Below, in pieces: positions 25,361-38,043 of a stretch of 54,227 nt of DNA. The notes beneath the pieces were generated by a model. That model was not told where the DNA came from. It worked only from the letters and a program-made list of their open reading frames with translations, and did not search any database. The position numbers and the translations under genes were made by a program. This DNA is from Octopus bimaculoides. Lineage: Eukaryota. The stretch lies in assembly GCF_001194135.2 (NCBI RefSeq), contig NC_068987.1, positions 57,716,935 through 57,771,161 on the forward strand, read 5' to 3'. Numbering within the stretch: position 1 is the first letter of the stretch; each line of letters opens with the position of its first letter.

Positions 25361-25640
25361 TTCTACTAACGGCACTAGGCTTGAAATATTGGAGAAGGAG
25401 ACTAGTCGATTACATCGACCCCAATGTTTCACTTAATTTATCAACCCCGAAAGGATGAAAAGCAAACTCGACCTCGACGGATTTGCACTCAGAACGTAAA
25501 GATGGACGAAATGCGGTTAAGCATTTTGCCCGGCGTGCCAACGATTCTGACAGCTCGCCCCAGTGCACACTTCATATTTATTTCCCCGTCTCTGTAAACA
25601 TGAAAGGTAAAGTCAACCGCAGTAGAATTTGAACCCGGAG
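25361..25640 (-). mobile_element. family B SINE (25361-25560) plus adjacent partial copy (about 25580-25640)
   Basis: Same motif string. Confidence 0.82.
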
Positions 25641-25739
25641 AGTAAAGTACGGTTGGAAATTCCACAATAACAAGAGTAACAATAATAATAACTAATAATA
25701 ATAATTGCTATTTTTAGTAGTATTAGTATTATCAGAATG

Positions 25740-26460
25740 ATAGATAACACTCTATGGAATCTCAAGCAGACTATGCAACATAAGCTTCAAAGCATAATCT
25801 GTACGATTAACATCTTATATAACACGACATATTGTTTTATATAATAGATATTCAACAATAACACTATAACTCCAACGACTGATATAGCTTACATTCTACA
25901 GTATCCCATAAATGCAATAATACTAGACAACCCACACAGCAAACACAATGTAATCAACGTCTGTCACTAGAAGAAATGATACCAAACAATACATAAGAAA
26001 CGAAAAGACCACCTGACAAAATGACATATGACACATTGCACTTACTCTGCACCATTGACGAATCATTAAAATTACACACAACACATCAAAATTCCAACAA
26101 CATAAAACGTAATTCTGTATCTTCAAAATAACTAATGAAATTGCACTGCATGTATTTTAATATAATCGATATCTGACATTATGACATATCTGACACAAAC
26201 AACTTCGGTTCATATTCTATACACCTGCCACTCAATAGTGTTACACAAATGAAGCTACGGAGCGGGCATACATTACACAGTTAATACTTGATGTTATGAC
26301 ACAACTTAAAGAATATATACGGAATACCATGAACAGCAAACAAAATATCAAGTAATAGAGAGTATAAACTCTACACAGCCGCCATGAGACAAAACAAAAA
26401 TCTACAAACTGCAAAACACAATATGGAATACAATACCATCCTACATTAAACACAACTCAG
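25740..26460 (+). mobile_element. possible highly degraded LINE 3' region
   Basis: C/A-rich strand; IWNTIPSYIK (26421-26450) resembles the WNxLPxxIK C-terminal motif of L2/CR1-group ORF2. No other motif was recovered. Confidence 0.3.
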
Positions 26461-26762
26461 GTGCAGCATGCAGCTGCATAAAACTGTTGAAATATGATAA
26501 TGATAATAGAAGTTGTGGTAGCTGTAGTAGGAGCAGCAGCAGCAGCAATAGCAGCAGGAGGTACAGCTCTACTCGAATAATTAATGAAGAGTTGTAGGTA
26601 GAGTGTATCGCGTAATAATGTTACAAGTTGAGGAATTCAACACTTTGCTTACACTTTTGACTAGTGGCTTTATGTGGCAATTAGTTTTATATGATATACA
26701 CTTGCATCCATCCATTTATCCATAGTACGTACATACGTATTTCTCTTTCTCTCACTTTTTCT

Positions 26763-26825
<63 letters not shown>

Positions 26826-26864
26826 NNNNNNNNNNNNNNNNNNNNNNNNNNNNNNNNNNNNNNN

Positions 26865-26898
<34 letters not shown>

Positions 26899-27230
26899 GT
26901 AGTAAAATTGAATAAGGAGACTAATTCTCGGGGTGTTAAACAATTTATATCTTGAATTCTTCTACATATGTTTCGACGGATGCACTCCAAAATGTCCGAC
27001 AAGATAAGTTATGGTCAGCAATGCATGAATCTCATGAGGAAGGATATAAATAACAAACCCATCAAACAGACATGTTAGCAGAAATAGAAAGTCCTATAAA
27101 ATGTAACGTATTTATATATTCATATGCACCCAAGGGTACGGACACTCAAATATGTGACGTGCAAATATAAACATTATATACCTACAAGAAACACAAAAGT
27201 ATACAAACACATATACATACACACGCATTA

Positions 27231-27285
<55 letters not shown>

Positions 27286-29270
27286 NNNNNNNNNNATATC
27301 AATAAATATATATATATATACATATATCAATAAATATTTTTTTTTTCTGTCTACAAACATATACATAAATATATACATATACATACACACAAACACACAA
27401 GCATATATATATACAAATAGATACATACATAGGCAGAAATATACTCACAGACATATGCATATATATCTATACATATTCTCTCGGCAAGAACATAGAAACA
27501 TATTTATACTAAAGTATACGTTTACGATCACATGCTTATACACATAAACAAACGATCGTATGCATACACAAGAGCATACACATCCCAAAACATCGATAGA
27601 CCCAAACACATAATTGTATATACATACATACTTACTTAAGCACATATACGTTATTGTTCATTCACAAAATATTTACATACGAACAGGGGACACTGGGAAA
27701 TTAAAATGTCGTTATCGAAACGAACTAGATATTGTGGGACAAGGAGAAGATGTATAGAAAGACTGGGAGGGGGAAAGAAAGGAAGGACAAAGCAAAGTAA
27801 AAAAGCGGGAGGAGAGAGAAGCGGGCAAATTGTAAATATTGAAAAAAAAAACATGAAAAGAAAGGAAAGAAGAGGAGGGAGAAATTATGGGAAGTAAGAT
27901 GGAAGAAAAAAATGAAAATTTGCAGAAATTATTATTAGGTTATGAGAGCTCACATACGTACAGAAGGGCGCGCATCCCAAAACATCGACAGACACAAACA
28001 CACTATAACAAATCCATACACACACTTAATAAGTACATAAGCATTATTGTGCGCACTGAAAATAATATAAGAACGATAGCAAAAACAGGTATATACACAT
28101 ATACATATATGGAAAGACAGGTAGTAAGGGAATTCTAGAAATTTTTAATTGTGTTAAGGAAATTAATTAGATTGGGTGCAAGAATGAGAAAAGGAATAGA
28201 AAGATATGGAAGTAAAGAAATAGGAGGTAGAAAGAGAGAGTGAATAGGAACAGGCGAACTGTATACATGAAAATGTATAAATGATAAGTAAAAAAGGTGA
28301 GGTAAAGGTTATGGGAAGTAAAATGGAAGAATAAAGAAAAGAAAATTTGCAGATATTATAAAGTTACGGGTAGATATTACTTGAAAGAACTAAAAGAGTA
28401 CTTTTTCCAATGAATACATTTGTAAACTCTCTCTGTAAATTTGTTTACCAATTTATGTTTAGAGAAGAGAATAAAATACTGCTCTTCCGTGCATAAAGGA
28501 CAGAAAGATTTCCCTTTATCATGATATTGATAATAGAAGTTGTAGTAGCTGTAGTAACAGCAGCAGCAGTAGCAACAGCTATGCTCTACTAGAATAACTA
28601 ATGAAGGGTTGTAGTTAGAGTGTATCGGGTAATGTAAATAACTCAATACAAATTTATAGAATAAGATCTAAGCCTGAAATCTCATAAATTCCGACTATTA
28701 GTTTTAACGTTATACCGATTTCAAAGCAATGAATTTAATAAACGAATCGACTTTACATTTACATAAAGTTTAAAATGCAAAGAAAATGTTGAAGAAGCTC
28801 GTTAATAATATGAAACTATTTGATTTAGATATAAAATTATTCTGTTTAGTTATTTATACTTATAATATATAACGTGTTAAAATAACACTTTTTTCAATTG
28901 GGGTTCACTGAAGAAATATATTATATTTACACTGTGAGTTTTATTTGGACCGTGCTACATGATTACAAGATTACAAAATATTTTGAATATTCTGGTTTTC
29001 GACGAATATCGTTAGCAAAATGTATTTAATATCTCTGAGATATATAGCTCATGACCTTTCACAGCATGTGCATAGATTTTGGCATGTCATATGTTCTAAA
29101 ATATTATAATCATTAATATGGTCATTTTTGAAAGACCATATTTCGACAATTTTTAAATTTTTGAAAGAATGTAGATGGTGGTTAAATCGTCCTTTAAATT
29201 ATTTTCATGAATGGAGCGTTAAAGACACATGTTAGTCATGAAGACTGTTAACAACACATAAACAACTATA

Positions 29271-29449
29271 GGTTTCAAATTTTGTCACAAGGCCAGAAAT
29301 TTCGGATGAGCGGATAAGTTGATTACATCGACTTTAGTGCTCAGCTGGTACTTACTTTATCGACACCGGAAGAAGTCCTCGGCAGAATTTGAACTAGGGA
29401 CGTAAACACGAACGAAATGTGCTTAAGTATTTTGCTCAGTGTGCTCACT
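29271..29449 (-). mobile_element. family B SINE, head truncated by an inserted 121-bp segment
   Basis: The motif string is present up to GTGCTCAC, then replaced. Confidence 0.8.
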
Positions 29450-29450
29450 G

Positions 29451-29571
29451 TCCCCCTTTTCATTCTTCGAAATTAACTGATGTCTCAATCAGTCTTTGAA
29501 AGTCTCCAACCACCAACTCCTTGACACTTTTCGTACCTTACGGAGGGCATCTTTCCTACTTCGCTGTCCTT
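29451..29571 (+). repeat. 121-bp inverted copy of 33661-33781
   Basis: Manual alignment to the reverse complement of 33661-33781 shows 3 mismatches and no gaps. Confidence 0.95.
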
Positions 29572-30247
29572 CTTGTTTTTAATATGCTGTCAAAATTTTC
29601 GTTTAATATGCTGTCAAAATTTTCGTTGCTCAATATTAGTGGCCAATTATAACTCCATATTACAAAGAAGAAACGTTTAAGTGAAGTCAACAACTTTTTG
29701 TGTTCCTGAATTAATAACATATGCCTTCCACGCTGCAATCGTTTTAGTTTCAATACATGGTCTCATATCAAAAATTTTGTGTGCCAAGTACACCTCGAAA
29801 TATTATTTTCAGTGAATAAAATAATTTGTTTTTGGATAATGAATTATCAACTGCAAATAGTTTTAGCAGAGCAATTCAGAATTGCACGAATTATTTAACG
29901 GATTATTTACAAATTAAAGAAGTTACATGGAGTAATATTAGATGTAGATGGTTGTTTTTTTTTTATATATTGTCTTGATGATGCACGTTATTTCTGTTGC
30001 AAAATTACACATAAAACTGAAGTTAAATTTAACACTGAATAAAATTCGGTAAACTATGTAATTAAAAGTTTGATGATCTATGTAATATAAATTTAAGAGA
30101 AAGCTAAATACCAAAACACATACACATACAAGTACATATAATGGGCCATATTTCTTTCTATTCGTCCTCAATCTGAGGATTGCCTTCAGATATGAACTAG
30201 AAAATTTCAAATACTTAGGTGTAAAATGATTGAAATGATTACTGTGT

Positions 30248-30281
<34 letters not shown>

Positions 30282-30301
30282 GTGTGTGTGACCATTACAT
30301 A

Positions 30302-30490
30302 CTTTTTTTTTCTCTTTTTTTCTCTCTTTGTTTCTCTCATTGCTTCTTTCTGTGTTCCTTTCTGTGGAAGAGCGTAGGCTCGAAACGTTAAAAACTTTTT
30401 CAATTCTCGAGCGTTATACTAATACATCTATTTGTTTGCTACATCACCTGTCTTCATCTGTTGTTTTTTTTGTGAATTCTCCCTATATAA
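30302..30490 (+). mobile_element. Penelope-like terminal repeat (solo) with hammerhead-like motif
   Basis: CTGTGGAA-GAGC-GTAG-GCTC-GAAACGTT at 30362-30389. It ends in TATA next to a microsatellite. A second copy lies at 53616-53765. Confidence 0.6.
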
Positions 30491-32799
30491 TGTATGTATG
30501 TATGTATGTATGTATGTATTATGTATATATGCGTGTATCTATGCATATATACATACATATATATTATTACACTGATATTTACATATACATATATACATAT
30601 ATATTTATATATATATATATATGTATATATNNNNNNNNNNNNNNNNNNNNNNNNNNNNNNNNNNNNNNNNNNNNNNNNNNNNNNNNNNNNNNNNNNNNNN
30701 NNNNNNNNNNNNNNNNNNNNNTATATATATATATATATATGTTCATTTATGTATTTATGTAGATACCTACATATGAATGTATATGTCGGAGATATATACT
30801 CACACATATACACATATCGTGTGTACATGAAAGTGAGTACTGTGTTAATAATACATGCGTTGATGATCTTTCACATAGAGTCTTTATATAGCTAGTTTCT
30901 CCGAAATAATTGATTATTTGGTAACAGATATAGAACTGAAGATTATATTTTACCATGTGGAGAGAACCTGGTTGCATATATGGCAGAATGAAGATCAATA
31001 AGGAAATGAGAGTAAGTGAATATGATGTAAATAGAACGTTACTTTCTTTGCAATTATCAAATATGTTAACAGACTTTTCTGTAATGTTGACACTATTTAT
31101 GAATTCATCTTTGCCAGTTCATAATTCTCAGAGTTTTGTTAGTTAAATTAAATTTCACACTATTCACTGTAGTTCCATATTAGTCGTTTACGAAGACTTT
31201 CATTCTCTTTTAGGAAATAATATAGTTTCAATCAATTCCACGTTTTTGTTTCTTTGTTTTCAAATTCACACAAAGCAAACCCAGATATTTCTGGGTTCAT
31301 GAATTTGTCAATCGTTTATGGAGAATTAACAAGAATTTCTATAAAGGGATTCCTGTAATTATATTCAATAAAGCCTATTATTAAGGATAAAAATAAAGGC
31401 CAAGTAAAGCATTTCAAACGTTTTATTTTTGCGTGTCCGTTGTAAAATTGAATAAAAATTCACCGTTATTGCAAATGCATTTAAATCTGGACATGATAAC
31501 TTGAAATACATTAAATGGATGCGATATTTCAAACAGCAGGAAAGTGCAAGGAAATATTACGTTATTCCAGATTATCATTAAAAGAAATGTAAACCAAAAA
31601 TAATAATAAACAATAAAGAAAATCTTCAACTTCATGATGACTTTAGGTAATTTATTTTTAATTTCCTTGCAACGATAGTATTCATAAGATAATTACAATT
31701 TCCTTTTGCGATTAAATGCATGAATGTGTGATGGCATGTTGTGAAGAATTTCGTAATTGAGTATAATAGCCGAACTGAAATAATTCCCAGTTGTTGATCG
31801 GATACACTTTTGCTAGATTCAGGTTCTACTTGCCTAAAGAGTCATTGGTTTGTATTCATTTACAAGCGAGCCAAAACACTTTAAAATAGTATTTTTAATG
31901 AATTATTTGAAGCTTTTCTGGTTGACAAAATACTATAATTAAGAAAATTGTATGAGCCAATGAGAAGGAGCTTTACATAGTCACTTGATCTGCTCGATAC
32001 AACAGCCAATTCTTTCTTAAATAATCTGTCTTAATAAATAGACACTCGTGAAAATCTACTCAAAGATATATAAAAAGACACGTGATGATCACTGCTGGAA
32101 GGCTTTGGACAATAGGCCTCTTCAATCAGTTTTGACATTATGCTAAAGAAAATAATAACACCGTACAACTGTAAATAGCGAGAGACTTGCATCACAGGCA
32201 AAGCTTTGAACTACTTTTATTTAGATTTAAGTTCTGTGTACAGAGAGTCAGTGTTTGAGAGGAGCGAAGTTAGACTATCCCATCGACCCTATCTTCATTT
32301 TATCGACTCTAAAACGACCGAAAGGCAAAGTTGAGACCTGCACGATGAGAATGTAAAGAATTGTTTACATTCTAGCTTTTGAACTAGCTCTTTAGTATGA
32401 ATTATACAGAAATGCATTAGTTGAACACACCAAGTTTAATCAATTAAATATAATTTCAAATTAATAATTTTCTAATATGAAAAAAACATAGTTTAAGAAT
32501 TTAGAATATGTGAAGAAAAACATTTCGCATTAGTGACGCTCAATGCATATTTTGATTGAGCCAACTTTTCTGAACACTGAACACACAATAATATCTACAA
32601 TTTGTATCTTAGGCTGGCATTAAATATCTATCAATGTCTTTCGCAACCTGTTAGGAGAGGTTTAAAAATTGTTCCATGTCTTTCATTTATTTCTAGCGTA
32701 ACCTACAAATCTAACATAACTTTTTGATGATTTTAGTCAAGAGAATAGGACAGAAACTGGTGAGATTCTAATGGTGGATGTTCACAGTGATTAGTTGGA

Positions 32800-33830
32800 A
32801 ATTGGTGTCTGAACTGAAACCCCTACCCGGAAAAATATTTCGAGAGATTTGATATTTCAGAGTGAAAGAGGTTAAAATATAGTGGTTATTGTATGGTATG
32901 GCTGCTGAAAAGAGTGAAAAGTGTGTCTTGTGAAATTAGCTGGAAGTGGTATACAACTAGCTAGGTTTGAGGAGCAGAGACCGTCATAATAACGGTAGAA
33001 AAGGCTGAATCAAAAGACAATATGCGTCTATAAATAAGATGTTTAAATGTGTGCTCCAGTGACTTAAGTGGCTTTCTGTATTTTTATCAAACTAATATTT
33101 TTGAACGAGCAGCCGAAACGGCAAGTATGATCGTCTGTGATTCTGAGAATTATCATTTGTGGAAACGTTAAGTGGTTTAGTTACGTGCAGCAAATGTATC
33201 ATTGTGTTGAAACAAACAAGATGGTCATGTCTCCGTCCTTATCTGAAAACTTTTTCAAGGTATCTTTGCAGAGTTCACGTATACTGTCTAGGTTAATGCA
33301 TGCGCGCGATCCGTGTGCGGAAGGTTAGAAGTGAATGAAGCAATAGAATAAAATAAGAGGAGCATCAAACAAAGTTGAGTTGAGGTGTTACAATTGTAAC
33401 ACCTCAAATTGTATTTTACGTGAGTTTAAGCTGGTAAACCATGATTAGACAACTGTCAGATGAACCAGTCGGTGTTGGGACGATTGTAGATCAGTAAAAG
33501 ATGCAGTTTACAGGTGAGGAATCAGTCACGGGTTTTAGGGGTGGCTATAACTCGATTAAATTAGCTGTACTAGCTGTTGCTTATGATACTTTAGCATTGG
33601 CATTGGAGTAGCAAGAGAGCTAAGAGGGTAAGGACGTCAAAGCCACCGGGGATGGCTTCCAAGGACAGCGAAGTAGGAAAGATGCCCTCCGTAAGGTACG
33701 AAAAGTGTCAAGGAGTTGGTGGTTGGAGACTTTCAAAGACTAATTGAGACATCAGTTAATTTCGAAGAATAAAAAAGGGGACTTCAAGCTAGAGTAACTG
33801 GAAGGCCTTTTTCTTGATAACAAAACGAAA
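32800..33830 (-). mobile_element. degraded CR1/Jockey-group LINE
   Basis: The minus strand gives FYRYYDGLCSSNLASCIPLP (33000-32941), like the C-terminal FYRYxxGxCSxELA motif, and YLTEGIFPTS (about 33700), like the GxFPxxWK motif preceding RT. Many stops. Confidence 0.6.
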
Positions 33831-36800
33831 GAAGGGTGAGATTGACATAGTAAAACCTACATATATTCTAATACCACGTTTTAGAGTGAAGTTTAACTAA
33901 GAATATCGACGGCCGTCTATAGATAGGGGTGATAAATTTGTGTCTAAGAAAGAACAGGTTCCGTAGTGAGTGTGTTAGTAGGAGATGAAAGGTGAGATAC
34001 TGGCTGTAGCAGATTTAGCATTAAGAACTAATTAGGTAAGATAAATAAAATATGTCCTTTTAACATTTGACATTAAAGATCAAATCGTAAAGAGAATCGT
34101 TTTTCATTTAATTGAAATAAAATGAATTGTAACTGATTCCATGTTATTTCTTAAAGGTAGTAAACAATGTAATGAAAAGATGATTGAAACAGTAGTACGT
34201 TTATACATATACATCTTCATAAATCTCGTTTCAATTCTTGCATACGCCGGTAGGTTTTTAACTTAAATGCAGAAAGATAGGTTAGTTTGTCATTCTCCAG
34301 ATATGAGAAACCAATATGTTTTTGCAGTTTTCAGGAATTTAATAATGATTTGTTTTTGTTAAGATACAACAAACACGTTTGTTGAGTTACTAAAATATAA
34401 GATATCAAGATGTACATTTAAAGCTATCTAATCAGTGGTAATTTTCTTTCAAATTTCTTATAATTTCACAGTCATTGTAAGATCTGCTTGGTACGGTAAC
34501 GTATTTCTTACATGAGAAGGTCTAATAAGACCAAAACATGTCAGGAATTGTCACAGTACATAATAAACATCATGCTTAACCCTCACTGCATGTTTCAGAT
34601 TTTCAAACAATTTAGATTTCTGAATTATCTCCCTTGCCATTTTTGAAAATAAAGATCGCTAAAGCTAACACTTCCCCTGCATTACAGATATAATTTGAAT
34701 ATATAATTTTCAGTTATAGCTAACTACATTAAATACGATAGCACCTTTAGCACGTACATATATTAGGTTACCGATTGAGAATTACTGTAGATTCTTCTTA
34801 TTGTGATTCTGAGATCGGCACATCATTGTACGTGCTTCAGTAGACGTAGTTATGGAAAACAATTGTTATATACGGAAATATTAGTTAAGATATCCAAATC
34901 CAGAGGGAAAGTTTATCTCTCAACCATTAAACTGTGCATTTGACGTCAAAGACTGGCTTTTAAATCATCTCTGATTCTAACAGGTGTTAGTAACACGCTG
35001 CAGCATACTATATATGTATGCAAATGAAAATAATCCATTCATATAATGATATGGCAATAGAATTCCTATTGTGAAGACGCTGAGTAGAGGAGCAAGTTAA
35101 ATAACAATGATACATCACATATATAAGAACATGGTTATATAGCACACACGTTCTGATTATGTTCTTAACTAATCTGTATGATGCGGTGAATTACAAATTC
35201 TTTCTAATTTTAAGATCCCATTGGATATTTATGTAGTATATCTAGGTCAAATAATCTTAATGTAAACCATATCATTGGAACATTTGAATTCAATAATTTA
35301 AGTCAATTAAGTCCACGATAGCGCTTAACAATTCTATAGTTAACATAGCTACTATATTTCAGTTAACTACAAATAGAAACGACAATATAATAATACAAAG
35401 CATTGACCTCTCTGAGTTACTTTTCTCTTTGTGATTAGTCATTGTATAAGTATTATAGTTAAATCTCCTTCGACGTCTGTATAGCCTTGATGTTCTCAAT
35501 ACTACTAACAATTTTGCTTAGAAATGATTGATGTGACAGTATTTACCGTACTGTAATGTTATCGGTAAATAAGTTGTTGAATTTTAGTCGTGAGGTATAT
35601 ATAATTGTGACTTCTAAATGGAATATTGCACTAAACTAAATAAAGATTGATGTTAAAACCCACGCATCTTTTAAGTATCACAGGAAACATGGTAGTATTT
35701 GCTGGCCGCCATGATTTTTAACGCCATTGACGGTGATTATAAACGCTTTCTTTTTCATAAATTAAGTCAAGCAACTCATATACATAAAACATTCAATGAT
35801 ATAGGAACCAAATAAACAAATTCATCTCAGGTCGTTAGCATTATAAACAGTCAAGCTTAACGATTCATTCATCCTGTTGGTATTTGTAAACAATATTCAG
35901 TTTATCAGTAACTTTCTAAAATGGATGTCAACTGGTTGCTTAACACCATCCCATAAAATACTTCTCAATTTGCCAAAATAGCACAAGTCTCGTTATAAAC
36001 ATGTTTTCTTTTAGATACTACCAACTCATATTTTAAGTTCTTGAGTACTTTTGCTCTATCTTGCTGCACACTTTCCTTAGACAAACTTAATCACTACATT
36101 TTTGAACATTCTCTGTTCAAACAGTTCTGCTCCTCTGAGCCTATTTGTCCGTCTTTACCTACTCGTGCTACTCTTTTCGTATTTTTCTTTACCTTGCTTT
36201 CTGGCAGTTCCGCAAACTTGTGAACACAGAGAATTGTTTTAAGTGAAGGTAACACGACTCGGAAGTAATTGAATCATTAAAAAATAAACTTATCTAATGT
36301 TGAGCGCTTTTTTAAAGATAAGTGTAACAGCTAGCCAGTTATAGCAACATCATACGGTCCTTGGGTAAACTAGTGATTTTTGCTCTATTGTTAGCATTCG
36401 CAACAGAGGCATAGCTACTCTGCCATTTCTAATTAATTAGATAGCATCTATCTTGGATTTTGACCATTTCTACGCCCTAACAAGATTACCTTTTCAAGAG
36501 ATTCATTCAAAGTTGGCGACTTCCATCTGAGCTACTCACAGGGATTGTAGCTACAGCTATTTCTCATGTGCTATGCTTTCCTTTTCCCTTCATTGAGAAA
36601 AAGTTGGGACACAATGGATTATGTAATTTTATAAATCCGAAAAGACGGTATGAAAGTTAGTGATAAGATTTTCGTTCTAGATTGTTCAGTCAATGTTGAT
36701 TTCACACTTAATAATAACAATACGCTAATACTTTAAAATTTATGGTTGCTTCTTTGGAGGGATATTTCGCCAATAAGAAATACGTGCACATCTTATTACT

Positions 36801-37250
36801 ACTACTACGTGACTAGTTAACCTATCAATCAATTAAGTAACCATTTGTGTGATTAATCGTACAGTCTATCATCTGACTTATCAGTGTTTCCTGGAGAAAC
36901 GAGGCTATGCCATTGATGAAATCGTGTGGTAACGAATGGGTTCTGAAAATAGCTGATTGATTAATCGATGTAACAATTAATCAAGCTATCGGTTTGTGAA
37001 ATTGTTGTTTATTAATTTGTTAATATTTTAACTATTTCACGAATAATAATAACAAGAATTGAAATAGAACAGTGTGTGCGTTTCTTATTGAAAAAATTTC
37101 TCTGTTAAGATACACAGTTTTACACCAAGGATCTTATAAAAATATATATATAGAAAAAGAAAGAATGTGAATATTCTAATATTCTAGTTCCTTTTCGAAA
37201 CATCGTGCCTGTGTTAAAATAATTCTGTGCATTATTGGCACATGGCGAAT

Positions 37251-37434
37251 CATTTTGGGGAAGGGGTATACTCAATTATCTCGACCCCTGTGATTGACTG
37301 GTACGTATCTTATCGGTCCTGAAAGGATCGAATGTAAAGTCAACTTCGGCAGAATTTGAACTGGGAATTATAGCCGGAAGAAATGCCGCTAATTATCTTG
37401 TTCGGCGTCCTAACGATTTTGCCGGCTTACCACC
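37251..37434 (-). mobile_element. family B SINE
   Basis: Same motif string. Confidence 0.8.
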
Positions 37435-37608
37435 ATGTACTTGCGTTTAACAATAGCATACTCATCCTATCACTTCTTTCTCTAGCAACGTCCAGCCTAC
37501 AAACTCATTCTACATCTAAATTACACTAGAACAAGGTATTCTCTGGCAAAGAAAGACAGGTCGCCTTGAATTATTAATCTCATGTTCAAATTCAGAAAAA
37601 AATGTATA

Positions 37609-38043
37609 TATCAGGCTGAGTAAAGCGTAAGGAATTCATCACAATATTTTTCAACAATGCGGAAATTTTATTCCTCAAAGTAAGTACAATCAACACATTT
37701 TTACCAACGAGTTACAAGTTTGTTTATTCCAACATAGAAATCTGGAGTTCTGGACCTGATGAACTCTTTGAACGCATTGGTTTTGAGTTTTGAACTTCTC
37801 TCGCAGTAAACCATCAAGGTGCTTCAAAAAGTGGTAATCGTTAGGAGAAAGGTCTGGGGAATAAGCTAAGTGGGGAAAAACTTCGTTGCCAACTTCCCTC
37901 AGCTTACTTCTGGAGCCTCATTAGTGAAACTTGTGGTCGAGCATTGTCATGAAGAATGATTAGCCCTCTTCTGTTGACCAGTTTGGGACGGAGGAGTAGC
38001 AGATTTTCGTTCATTTTGGCAATCTCATGGCAATATGTTTTTG
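37609..38043 (-). mobile_element. mariner 3' fragment with TIR, same family as 14150-15083
   Basis: KTYCHEIAKMNENLLLLRPKLVNRRGLIILHDNARPQ and YSPDLSPNDYHFLKHLD. Terminus TATCAGGCTGAGTAAAGCGTAAG. It is cut off by the LINE at about 38044. Confidence 0.9.

Noticed and set aside
34471-34494. 24-bp microexon candidate (VIVRSAWYG) after a strong pyrimidine tract
   Set aside because: Too short to support. The resemblance to a lectin IxSAxYG motif is not significant.
36209-36249. Strong acceptor and GTAACA donor around 41 bp
   Set aside because: Stop codons in all three frames.
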